A stretch of DNA of 64,000 bases from Candidatus Cloacimonadales bacterium (GTDB lineage: Bacteria; Cloacimonadota; Cloacimonadia; Cloacimonadales; JAIOQZ01), in the NCBI GenBank assembly GCA_963674825.1, contig OY771587.1:2624001-2688000 (forward strand). Reading direction: 5' to 3'. Both the position numbers and the translations under genes were made by a program. This document shows, in pieces, positions 1 to 7,933 of this stretch (positions within the stretch are counted from its first letter, which is position 1; each line of letters starts with the position of its first letter). The notes under the pieces are model-generated. The model saw only the letters and a program-made list of their open reading frames with translations. It ran no database searches and was not told the DNA's origin.

Positions 1-1302
1 ACTTCCAGGGATCACATCGCTCAGCAGAACACCAGCAGCAAAATACCCATCGTAATCAAGAGCCACAACATCGTAGTCGGTAAGAAGCTGGATCATGCCA
101 ATAAAAAACCGCGTCCGAGCTCTGGAATCGGCGATGCCGCTTTCGATTAAAGCGTCAGCGGAATTGCCTGATGAGGATGTAGCCTGATCCTGTCGGAATG
201 CGGATTGGGTGAACCGCAGGATGATATTGACTGCCTGCGCGCGATTTTTTCCGGCAAGTATGGGGGAGATAGCGGTAACGAGCGATTGCTCCAGCTCAGA
301 TGAAAAAGCGATGGGTGCAAGGTTCGATTCTTCCGGCTGACTGCTGTAGTAGTCCACGAAAGATGGATTAAAAGCAATGCTGGCTGTGTAGGTTGAGTCG
401 TCGTAGCTGAATTCGATGGCGCGATTCTGCTGTATTTTACCGACCAGCGGTTTCTTTCCTGATCGCATGTTGAGAAGGTTGTTGGCTTTGGGATATTTGC
501 CATCATAGGTTTTGATCTTAATCGGCTGTGCCTTGGTGTTCTCGAAATCGAGGATGTAGTATGTACGATCATCGACCATGAGGTAGCGTGTGTCGAGTAG
601 CTCCTGATCGGTGGGCACCATAAGATAGACGGTATCCTGCTCAAACCCGAGTCGTGCGTCGTAGCCTGTTTTGAGCAGCATAAACCAGATAAATACGTTG
701 GTTTCGCTGGGGTCGTTGGCGGTGAGCTTGGAGCCTATCTTGTGCAGGAGGCGGCAATAGCCCCAGTCGTTGAGGTTGAGGTGCTCGCGATGCTTCCCGA
801 GTTGTTCCGAGAGATCTTCCCATGGTGTGTTCGAAAGCTTGAACCACGCGTTGGCGATCGATTTCTCTTCGATGGGCAGGCTCAAATGCATGGTAAGCGA
901 ATCGACGTAGCAGAACTCGAGCGGCAAGCCGAAATAGTCGATCTCAAATGATGTGCATGCCGCGGCCGGTGCGTAGGCGAGCTGCTCGTAGTTGGTGGGT
1001 TGATCGGCAGTTTTCACCTTGATGGGCAGCTCGTACATCGTCTTGGCCTGGTTGAGCTCCGGAGCTTTCCGGGCTTCCACTACAGGAATTCTTTCCGGTA
1101 GATCGGGCATGGGTGTCGTTTTACCGGTCGAGAGTTCGAACTCGGTCCAGTCGCGCTCCAGGAATCCCACAAAGAGCGAGTCCTGGCTGCTGCGATAGGA
1201 TGTCCAATCGTTTGACTGCCCATCGAGCCAGTCCTGGTAATCATCAGCCGGAAGCAGACTCAATGCCACCAGCATGCATGCGAAAAACAGTATTCTCTTC
1301 AT
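1..1302 (-). CDS. Secreted hypothetical protein with a degenerate transglutaminase-like C-terminal region; runs off the left edge
   Basis: Not in the ORF track; translated by hand. GAGG RBS, ATG at 1302, signal peptide MKRILFFACMLVALSLLPA, and open frame to position 1. It contains LNLNDWGY, WFMLLKTGYDARLG and AVNIILRFTQSAF, resembling a Bacteroidota-type conserved hypothetical family. Confidence 0.75.
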   Translation of the reverse strand, partial: MKRILFFACMLVALSLLPADDYQDWLDGQSNDWTSYRSSQDSLFVGFLERDWTEFELSTGKTTPMPDLPERIPVVEARKAPELNQAKTMYELPIKVKTADQPTNYEQLAYAPAAACTSFEIDYFGLPLEFCYVDSLTMHLSLPIEEKSIANAWFKLSNTPWEDLSEQLGKHREHLNLNDWGYCRLLHKIGSKLTANDPSETNVFIWFMLLKTGYDARLGFEQDTVYLMVPTDQELLDTRYLMVDDRTYYILDFENTKAQPIKIKTYDGKYPKANNLLNMRSGKKPLVGKIQQNRAIEFSYDDSTYTASIAFNPSFVDYYSSQPEESNLAPIAFSSELEQSLVTAISPILAGKNRAQAVNIILRFTQSAFRQDQATSSSGNSADALIESGIADSRARTRFFIGMIQLLTDYDVVALDYDGYFAAGVLLSDVIPGS

Positions 1303-1359
1303 CGTTAACCTCGTGCCTGAAGGATGCCCCGCGCACCGATTTTCGTCAATGAAAATGAA

Positions 1360-1388
1360 TTGACATCTCCGCCCTGGCTACGTACCTT
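1360..1388 (+). promoter_or_regulatory. Putative sigma70 promoter for the DUF1858 gene
   Basis: TTGACA-17 bp-TACCTT upstream of the ATG at 1426. Confidence 0.5.
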
Positions 1389-1425
1389 TTGCGGTATAAA
1401 CCAAGCAAACGCGAAAGGAGACACT

Positions 1426-1659
1426 ATGTCAGAATTCAAACCAGTAACAGCCGATCAGTGGATCGAAGACATTTTAAGGGCCTATCCCGATTCTCAGGAC
1501 TTTCTGAGCAAACACGGCATCGTGTGCGTGATGTGCGGCGAGCCGGTTTGGGGAAGCCTCGAGGAGCAGATGGAAGAAAAGGGTTTTGATGACGAAAAGA
1601 AGCAAGAGCTTGTGGCCGAACTGAATAAATTCCTTGAAGCTCGGTACGGCGAGTCTTAA
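1426..1659 (+). CDS. DUF1858-family small CxxC protein (hybrid-cluster-associated redox disulfide domain)
   Basis: AAGGAG RBS then ATG at 1426 (77 aa). The pattern IEDILRAYP...FLSKHGIVCVMC...SLEE...G matches the family. Confidence 0.75.
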   Translation: MSEFKPVTADQWIEDILRAYPDSQDFLSKHGIVCVMCGEPVWGSLEEQMEEKGFDDEKKQELVAELNKFLEARYGES

Positions 1660-1683
1660 AGCTTATAAAAAACAAGATTGCGG

Positions 1684-1713
1684 TTGACACGAAACAGAAT
1701 TCATGTCTATTCT
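1684..1713 (+). promoter_or_regulatory. Putative sigma70 promoter for the WOR-Bfu operon
   Basis: TTGACA-18 bp-TATTCT about 95 bp upstream of the ATG at 1808, which has an AGGAGG RBS. Confidence 0.5.
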
Positions 1714-1807
1714 GACCAGTTATTTCTGTTTTAACGAGATAGCGCGATAACCACTAAAAACAACACCTGTGAGAAATACGTGATTCTTGCAGAGAAGGAG
1801 GATGTGA

Positions 1808-3100
1808 ATGCCTGCGATGCAGCTCGAAAAGATGCGTCAGGCTCACAAGATTCTTGCTGATATCCCCTTCGAGATCGTGCAGATTGACCGCGGATATGCT
1901 AACCGTACCCTGCATGTCGATATCAGTTCGAATACCGTCGAGACCAAACCCGTTTCCCAGGAGATGAAGGATCTCTGGATAGGCGGTAAAGGCTTCGATC
2001 TGTGGCTGACTTTCCAGCAAATCACCAAAGACACCAAGTGGAATGACCCGGAAAATCCGCTGTGTTTCAGCTCAGGACCTCTGGGCGGAACTACCTCGTT
2101 CCCGGGCTCCGGAAAGACCATCGCAACCGCGATCTCACCACTAACCAATTCCATGATGGACTGTAATGTCGGCGGCTATTTCGGCCCCTACCTCAAATTT
2201 GCCGGTTTCGACGCACTCAGCGTGTCCGGTAAGGCAACTGAAGAGACCATCGTGATGATCGACGCCGTGAAAGGTCGAATCACCATTGAACAGGCCCCGA
2301 TGGAAAGCGTCGATTCGCACATTCTTGCCGAAGAACTCACCGATATGTATGCCGACGACGAGCTCGACAAGCGTAACATCGCCGTGATCTCTGCCGGTAG
2401 TGGCGCAGACCACAGTCGCATGGGCGTACTCAACTTCTCTTTCTACGACTGGCGTCGTCGCGTTCCCCGGCTCAAACAGGCCGGCCGTGGTGGCATCGGT
2501 ACCGTTTTCCGCGACAAGAAGCTCAAGGCCATCGTGATCAAGAATCGCGGTATTACGCCGGCATGGCGCGTTCACGAGAGCAAGCCTGCCAAAATGATGC
2601 GCCCGAAAGAGCTTATAAGAGTCACTGATGATCGTATGCAGACCATTAGCGATATCATCGCCAAATGGAGCCGCGATCCCGAGTATGTAATCGAGATGAT
2701 GCAAGATATCCAGAACGAATTCCGGTGTATTCCGCAGGCAGCCATAGACGAGCTGACCGCACAGACCGGAACACCGCGTTCCTGGCTCTATCACATCGCA
2801 ACATTCTATAAAGCGTTCAGCCTGGAAGAAAAGGGCGAGACCATCATTCAGGTCTGTATGGGGACCGCTTGTCACGTCAAGGGCTCCGCGAAGCTTCTGG
2901 ACGCGTTCCAGCGTGAGCTGGGCTGTCCCGTTGGCGGAACCACGACAGATCGCAAGTTCAGCCTGGAAGGCGTTGCCTGCCTGGGCGCATGCTCCATCGC
3001 GCCGGTTGTGAAGATCGGCGAGGAGGTTCATGGCGGCGTGCAGGTCAAGGACGTGAAAAAGCTGATCGAACAAGCAAAGAAGGAGAAGGACCATGCCTAA
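1808..3100 (+). CDS. Fusion of the aldehyde:ferredoxin oxidoreductase N-terminal domain (AFOR_N) and a NuoE/HydC-like [2Fe-2S] domain
   Basis: Residues ~1-245 carry WIGGKG, ISPLT...DCNVGGYFGPYLKFAGFDAL and AGRGGIGTVFRDKKLKAI. Residues ~275-430 carry ATFYKAFSL, CMGTACHVKG and CLGACSIAP. Confidence 0.92.
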   Translation: MPAMQLEKMRQAHKILADIPFEIVQIDRGYANRTLHVDISSNTVETKPVSQEMKDLWIGGKGFDLWLTFQQITKDTKWNDPENPLCFSSGPLGGTTSFPGSGKTIATAISPLTNSMMDCNVGGYFGPYLKFAGFDALSVSGKATEETIVMIDAVKGRITIEQAPMESVDSHILAEELTDMYADDELDKRNIAVISAGSGADHSRMGVLNFSFYDWRRRVPRLKQAGRGGIGTVFRDKKLKAIVIKNRGITPAWRVHESKPAKMMRPKELIRVTDDRMQTISDIIAKWSRDPEYVIEMMQDIQNEFRCIPQAAIDELTAQTGTPRSWLYHIATFYKAFSLEEKGETIIQVCMGTACHVKGSAKLLDAFQRELGCPVGGTTTDRKFSLEGVACLGACSIAPVVKIGEEVHGGVQVKDVKKLIEQAKKEKDHA

Positions 3101-4973
3101 GCTATCACCACACGATATTCCTCGCATCGCCGGTGAAGAAAAGGCACGTCAGGCAGCCTGGAAGGGCATGTTGATGGTCTGTACCGGTACCGGTTGCGTA
3201 TCCGCGCATGGTTTCGACATTCTCCATGCATTACAGAAAGAAATCAAGGACGCCGGACTGGACAAGGAATGGGTCGCGGTAGGCACAGGCTGTAACGGCT
3301 TCTGCGCTGCCGGTCCGATCGTGGTTGTCCAGCCGCAGGGCGTATTTTATCAGAAGGTGCAGGTCGCGGACGCTAAAGCGATCGTTGACGAGCATCTCAA
3401 GGGCGGTACGCCGGTCGAGCGCATCCTGTTCAAGGATCCTGTCAGCGGTGTGGTAGCCCATACGATGGACGAGATCGGCTTCTTCCGCAAACAGCAGTTG
3501 ATCGCGCTCCGCAACAAGGGTCTCATCGATCCCGAGAATATCCAGCACTACATCGCGCGTGGCGGATACGAAGCGTTACGCAAGGTTCTGGAGCGGAAAG
3601 AACCGGAAATGGTCATTCAGGAAGTGATCGCATCCGGTATTCGCGGACGTGGTGGCGGTGGTTTCCCGACCGGCATCAAATGGAAATCCGGTCGCAAGGC
3701 TGCCGAAGAGCGTAAGGAAGAAATCTATGTGGTCTGTAACGCGGACGAGGGCGATCCCGGTGCATACATGGACCGCAGTATCATCGAGACCGATCCGCAC
3801 TCGGTGCTGGAAGGTCTGCTGATCGGTGGTTTTGCCGTGGGCGCGAAAGAAGGCTTCGTCTATATCCGTAAAGAATATCCGCTGGCTATGGATCGACTGC
3901 ACATCGCGATCGACCAGGCTCGCGAGATGGGCCTGCTGGGCAAAGACATCCTTGGTTCGGGCTTCGATTTCGATATCCACGTGCATCGCGGCGCAGGCGC
4001 GTTCGTCTGTGGCGAATCGACCGCACTCATGGCCTCCATGTCAGGTCGTGCGGGTGAGCCGCGCGCCAAGTATGTCCACAACGTCGAATATGGCTATCGC
4101 GACAAGCCCACTGTGCTTAACAACGTTGAGACCTGGGCAAATATCCCGGTGATCCTCGAAAAGGGCGCGCAGTGGTTTGCAAGCATTGGCTCCGGCGACG
4201 TGAGCGAAAACCCGTGGAACGGCTCCAGCGGTGCGAAAGTGTTCTCGCTGGTAGGGGATATCCGCAATACGGGTCTCGTTGAAGCGCCGATGGGCATCTC
4301 ACTGCGAGAGATCATCGAAGATATCGGCGGTGGCATCCCGAACGGGCGGCAGTTCAAGGCCGTGCAGACGGGTGGCCCCAGTGGTGGCTGCATTCCCGCA
4401 TCCATGCTGGATATGACCGTCGATTTCGATTCGCTGACCGACGCCGGCTCCATGATGGGCTCAGGCGGCATGATCGTAATGGACGACCATACTTGTATGG
4501 TTGACGTGGCGCGCTATTTCATCGACTTCCTCGTCGATGAGAGCTGCGGTAAGTGCACGCCTTGCCGTGAGGGACTTTTCCATATGCGGAACATCCTTCA
4601 GCGCATCTGTGACGGGAAAGGCAAGGAAGGCGACATCCAGACACTTGAAGAGCTAGCGTATACGATTCGCGAGACAAGCCTCTGTCAGCTCGGTGCGAGC
4701 GCACCCAATCCGGTGCTGTCTACGCTGCGTTATTTCCGTGAAGAATACGAAGAACACATTCGAGATAAAACGTGCCGTGCGGGAGTCTGCAAGGCATTGA
4801 TACACTACGAGATCAACGACAAGTGCGTAGGCTGTACGGCGTGCGCGAAGGCCTGCCCGGTAGATGCAATTCAGGGCGAGGTCAAGAAATTGCACACCAT
4901 CGATCTCGAGAAGTGCATCAAGTGCGGCATCTGCTATGAAACCTGTAAGTTCGATGCAGTGGAGGTGAAGTAA
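3093..4973 (+). CDS. NuoF/HydB/BfuB-like FMN-NAD(P)H subunit, bifurcating type
   Basis: N-terminal [2Fe-2S] (CTGTGC...GCNGFC), GRGGGGFPTG, NADEGDPGAYMDR, GGPSGG, ESCGKCTPCREG, EHIRDKTCRAGVC and a C-terminal 2x[4Fe-4S] domain. Confidence 0.93.
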   Translation: MPKLSPHDIPRIAGEEKARQAAWKGMLMVCTGTGCVSAHGFDILHALQKEIKDAGLDKEWVAVGTGCNGFCAAGPIVVVQPQGVFYQKVQVADAKAIVDEHLKGGTPVERILFKDPVSGVVAHTMDEIGFFRKQQLIALRNKGLIDPENIQHYIARGGYEALRKVLERKEPEMVIQEVIASGIRGRGGGGFPTGIKWKSGRKAAEERKEEIYVVCNADEGDPGAYMDRSIIETDPHSVLEGLLIGGFAVGAKEGFVYIRKEYPLAMDRLHIAIDQAREMGLLGKDILGSGFDFDIHVHRGAGAFVCGESTALMASMSGRAGEPRAKYVHNVEYGYRDKPTVLNNVETWANIPVILEKGAQWFASIGSGDVSENPWNGSSGAKVFSLVGDIRNTGLVEAPMGISLREIIEDIGGGIPNGRQFKAVQTGGPSGGCIPASMLDMTVDFDSLTDAGSMMGSGGMIVMDDHTCMVDVARYFIDFLVDESCGKCTPCREGLFHMRNILQRICDGKGKEGDIQTLEELAYTIRETSLCQLGASAPNPVLSTLRYFREEYEEHIRDKTCRAGVCKALIHYEINDKCVGCTACAKACPVDAIQGEVKKLHTIDLEKCIKCGICYETCKFDAVEVK

Positions 4974-6964
4974 TGGAAAAGGTCGATATCGTAATCAACG
5001 GTAAGAAGACTACCGTCCCGAAAGACACCTACCTGCTGAAAGCGATCCAAAATGCCGGACTCACCGTTCCGACGCTGTGCCACCACAAGGATCTGACGCC
5101 TTCGGGCACCTGCCGTCTATGCGTGGTCGAGATCGAACAGAACGGGCGCAAGAAGATCGTGACGAGCTGCAACTATCCCGTTCGCAGCGAGATCAGCGTG
5201 GAGACCGACAGCGAGCGCATCAAGCAGCATCGCAAAGTCCTGGCTGAGATGTACCTGGGGCGCTGGCCGAACGTACCGGTTATCCAGGACGTAGCCAAAC
5301 GCTGTGGTGTGACCGAAAGCCGCTTCACCAGCGAGCTCACCGAAGAGAGCGAGAAAGCTTGCATCCTCTGCGGTCATTGCGTGCGGGGTTGCCATGAATT
5401 CATCATGGAAGACATCCTCGATTTTGCGGGACGCGGCATCAAGCGTCACCTGACGATGCCGTTTGGAGAGGTAGATCCGCATTGTATAGGCTGCACGAGC
5501 TGTGCCTATGTATGCCCGACCGGGGCGATCGAGGTTATCGACGATCTCCAGAATCCGGTCAATCCCAAGCTGATTCGCGACTACGGTATGCGTATCAACG
5601 CCGAGATGGCGACACTCGACCAGAACCAATGCCGCATGCGCGACGTTGGTACCGCCAACATTGTGGACGTGATGGACGCTTATGATCTTTTACCAGTGCA
5701 CAACTATAAGTTCGGTAAGCATGAAGAGACTTGGAAGATCGACTCTAAAATGCTGAAGAGAGAGTACTTTACACAGCAAATGCCTGATGGCTGCTGGAAA
5801 GGTTGCTCGATGGCGTGTGCGAAAGCGGTAGATGATTTTGAACTCAAGACCGGACCCTACAAAGGACAGAAAGTCTGTGTGGACGGACCAGAGTACGAAA
5901 CCGCGGCTGGTGCGGCAAATATGGGCTGCTTCGATGCTGACTTCCTGGTTGAATTCAACTTCTACTGCGATACGTACGGTGTGGATACCATCTCGGTGGC
6001 TACCTGTACGGCATTCGTGATGGAGGCGTTTGAAGCAGGCCAGATAACGACAGAACATACCGGCGGACTCGAGCTTAAATTCGGTGCTACCGACGAAGTG
6101 CTGGAGTTGTTGCATCAGATGGCGCGCGGCGAAGGATTTGGGGTGGATGTCGGGCAAGGTATCCGCTGGCTGAAAGAGAAGTGGGCTCGTGAGTACGGTG
6201 CCGACGCAGCGTTCCTGCAAGATATCGGTATGGAGGTCAAGGGCCTCGAATACTCCGAGTATGTTTGTAAAGAATCGCTGGCGCAGCAGATCGGATATTC
6301 CGCGGCTGTAAAAGGACCGCAGCACGACGAGGCCTGGCTGATTTTTATGGATATGGTCAACAACCAGATTCCGACATTTGAGGACAAAGCAGAAGCGCTC
6401 TACTACTTTCCGCTGTGGAGAACCTGGTTTGGTCTTCTGGGCCTGTGCAAGCTGATCTGGAACGACGTTGTTCCGGCAGACAACAGCAAATATGCACCAC
6501 CAGTAGCTGCGAAGGTTCCGGGGCATGTCGAGGACTTCTTTAAGTTCTTCGAAGGCATGACGGGACAACCGCTGGACGAAGAGAAGATGCTGGCGCAGTC
6601 GGCAAGGGTTCACAACCTTCAGCGGTTGATGTCACGCATGCTGGGCTATGGTACGAGAAAGGACGATATTCCTCCTTATCGCGCCGTAGGACCGGTTACC
6701 GAAGAGGAATTCCTTTCACGGCAGGATCGTTTCGATAAGCAGTTAAAGGAAACAATCGGCGTCGATCCCGAAAAGATGACGACCGAAGAGAAGATGAAGA
6801 CGCTACGAGAATATCGCATGCAGCAATACAACAAGGCTCTCGATGCCGTTTATCAGAGACGTGGCTGGACACCTGATGGTGTACCGACAGTCGAACGCCT
6901 GAAAGAACTGGGCATCGATATTCCTGAGCTGGTAGCAATCGCGAAGGATGATAAGACAGCCTGA
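4973..6964 (+). CDS. Fusion of a HydA/NuoG-type N-terminal FeS domain ([2Fe-2S] + 2x[4Fe-4S]) and the AOR C-terminal domains (AFOR_C)
   Basis: PTLC...CRLCVVE...TSC, CILCGHCVRGC and CIGCTSCAYVCP are followed by the AOR motifs GCWKGCSMAC, DGPEYE, CDTYGVDTIS, GPQHD, GLCK and YQRRGWTPDGVPT. Confidence 0.92.
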   Translation: MEKVDIVINGKKTTVPKDTYLLKAIQNAGLTVPTLCHHKDLTPSGTCRLCVVEIEQNGRKKIVTSCNYPVRSEISVETDSERIKQHRKVLAEMYLGRWPNVPVIQDVAKRCGVTESRFTSELTEESEKACILCGHCVRGCHEFIMEDILDFAGRGIKRHLTMPFGEVDPHCIGCTSCAYVCPTGAIEVIDDLQNPVNPKLIRDYGMRINAEMATLDQNQCRMRDVGTANIVDVMDAYDLLPVHNYKFGKHEETWKIDSKMLKREYFTQQMPDGCWKGCSMACAKAVDDFELKTGPYKGQKVCVDGPEYETAAGAANMGCFDADFLVEFNFYCDTYGVDTISVATCTAFVMEAFEAGQITTEHTGGLELKFGATDEVLELLHQMARGEGFGVDVGQGIRWLKEKWAREYGADAAFLQDIGMEVKGLEYSEYVCKESLAQQIGYSAAVKGPQHDEAWLIFMDMVNNQIPTFEDKAEALYYFPLWRTWFGLLGLCKLIWNDVVPADNSKYAPPVAAKVPGHVEDFFKFFEGMTGQPLDEEKMLAQSARVHNLQRLMSRMLGYGTRKDDIPPYRAVGPVTEEEFLSRQDRFDKQLKETIGVDPEKMTTEEKMKTLREYRMQQYNKALDAVYQRRGWTPDGVPTVERLKELGIDIPELVAIAKDDKTA

Positions 6965-7565
6965 TCTGTTTAGTCGCAATGTGCCTGGCTCCACCGAAGT
7001 GCTTCAACGTGCTACGGTGGGGCTGGCGGGTTGCGGCGGACTTGGCTCCAATGTTGCCGTTGCGCTGATTCGCGCCGGGATCGGGAAGCTTGTTCTGGCA
7101 GATTACGATCGCGTCGAGCCAAGCAACCTGAACCGTCAGCACTACTTCCAATCCGATATCGGTAAACTCAAGACAATTGCCCTTGCTGAACACTTACAAA
7201 ACATCAATCCCGAAATTGAATTGAAATTAATCTCGAAAAAGCTTGCACCTTCGGATATTGCAGTAAACTTTGGCTCGGCTGACATCCTGATCGAGGCATT
7301 CGACAGGGCAGAGGCCAAGCAATGGCTGATCGAAGCCTGGTGCCGGCTGTTTCCCGATCGTCCGATCATAGTAGGGAACGGCATTGCAGGCTTGGGCGAG
7401 ACCAGCTCCATTAAGGTCCGGCAAATGGGCAACATCTGGTTCTGCGGAGACGGATGCAGCGACATGAGCATTGGACTGAGTGCGCCACGAGTAGGCATCG
7501 TAGCAATGATGCAGGCCAATGTGGCAATATCGATTCTTACAAAGGGAGTACATGATACTGGTTAA
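6948..7565 (+). CDS. thiF: ThiF/MoeB-family sulfur-carrier adenylyltransferase (short form)
   Basis: GCGGLGS, DYDRVEPSNLNRQ, IGKLK and EAFD; no Zn-binding CxxC pairs. Confidence 0.85.
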   Translation: MIRQPDLFSRNVPGSTEVLQRATVGLAGCGGLGSNVAVALIRAGIGKLVLADYDRVEPSNLNRQHYFQSDIGKLKTIALAEHLQNINPEIELKLISKKLAPSDIAVNFGSADILIEAFDRAEAKQWLIEAWCRLFPDRPIIVGNGIAGLGETSSIKVRQMGNIWFCGDGCSDMSIGLSAPRVGIVAMMQANVAISILTKGVHDTG

Positions 7566-7752
7566 TGACCGAGATGAGGTCGAATTCCGGGATAACATGA
7601 CCGTCCAGGATGTTCTGGACGAAATGGGGTACGATTGGGCGCTGTTGACAGTTACCGTCAATGACACCTATGTTCCTCAGGAAGAATATCAACATTATCA
7701 GGTGCCTGACGGTGCTGATTTTAAAGCCATGCATCTCTTTCATGGCGGATGA
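7552..7752 (+). CDS. thiS: ThiS/MoaD-family sulfur carrier protein
   Basis: GGGAG RBS, ATG at 7552, 66 aa ubiquitin-like protein ending in FHGG. Confidence 0.85.
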   Translation: MILVNDRDEVEFRDNMTVQDVLDEMGYDWALLTVTVNDTYVPQEEYQHYQVPDGADFKAMHLFHGG

Positions 7753-7933
7753 CCTGACAGTCATTCGTGTGGGGTTAGTTGAATCCTATGAAAACACATT
7801 CTTTTTCACTTGTACTTGATCGTAATCCACGAATCAATGCGCATTTCATGAGCGCTTTCGCCAACGAATAGCCCCAACTCTCTCATTCTATCCGACACTA
7901 CCAATCTACTTATACAACGGAGGAAGACTACAC

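Noticed and set aside
305..345. tRNA-like T-loop (GGTTCGATTC)
   Set aside because: No cloverleaf can be built, and it lies antisense within the 1-1302 CDS.
1808..3100. Truncated AOR pseudogene
   Set aside because: The missing half is present in-frame in 4973-6964 with cofactor motifs intact, and all three ORFs are coupled.
4973..6964. [FeFe]-hydrogenase or complex I (nuoEFG) call
   Set aside because: No H-cluster motifs and no membrane nuo genes; the C-terminal part is clearly AFOR_C.
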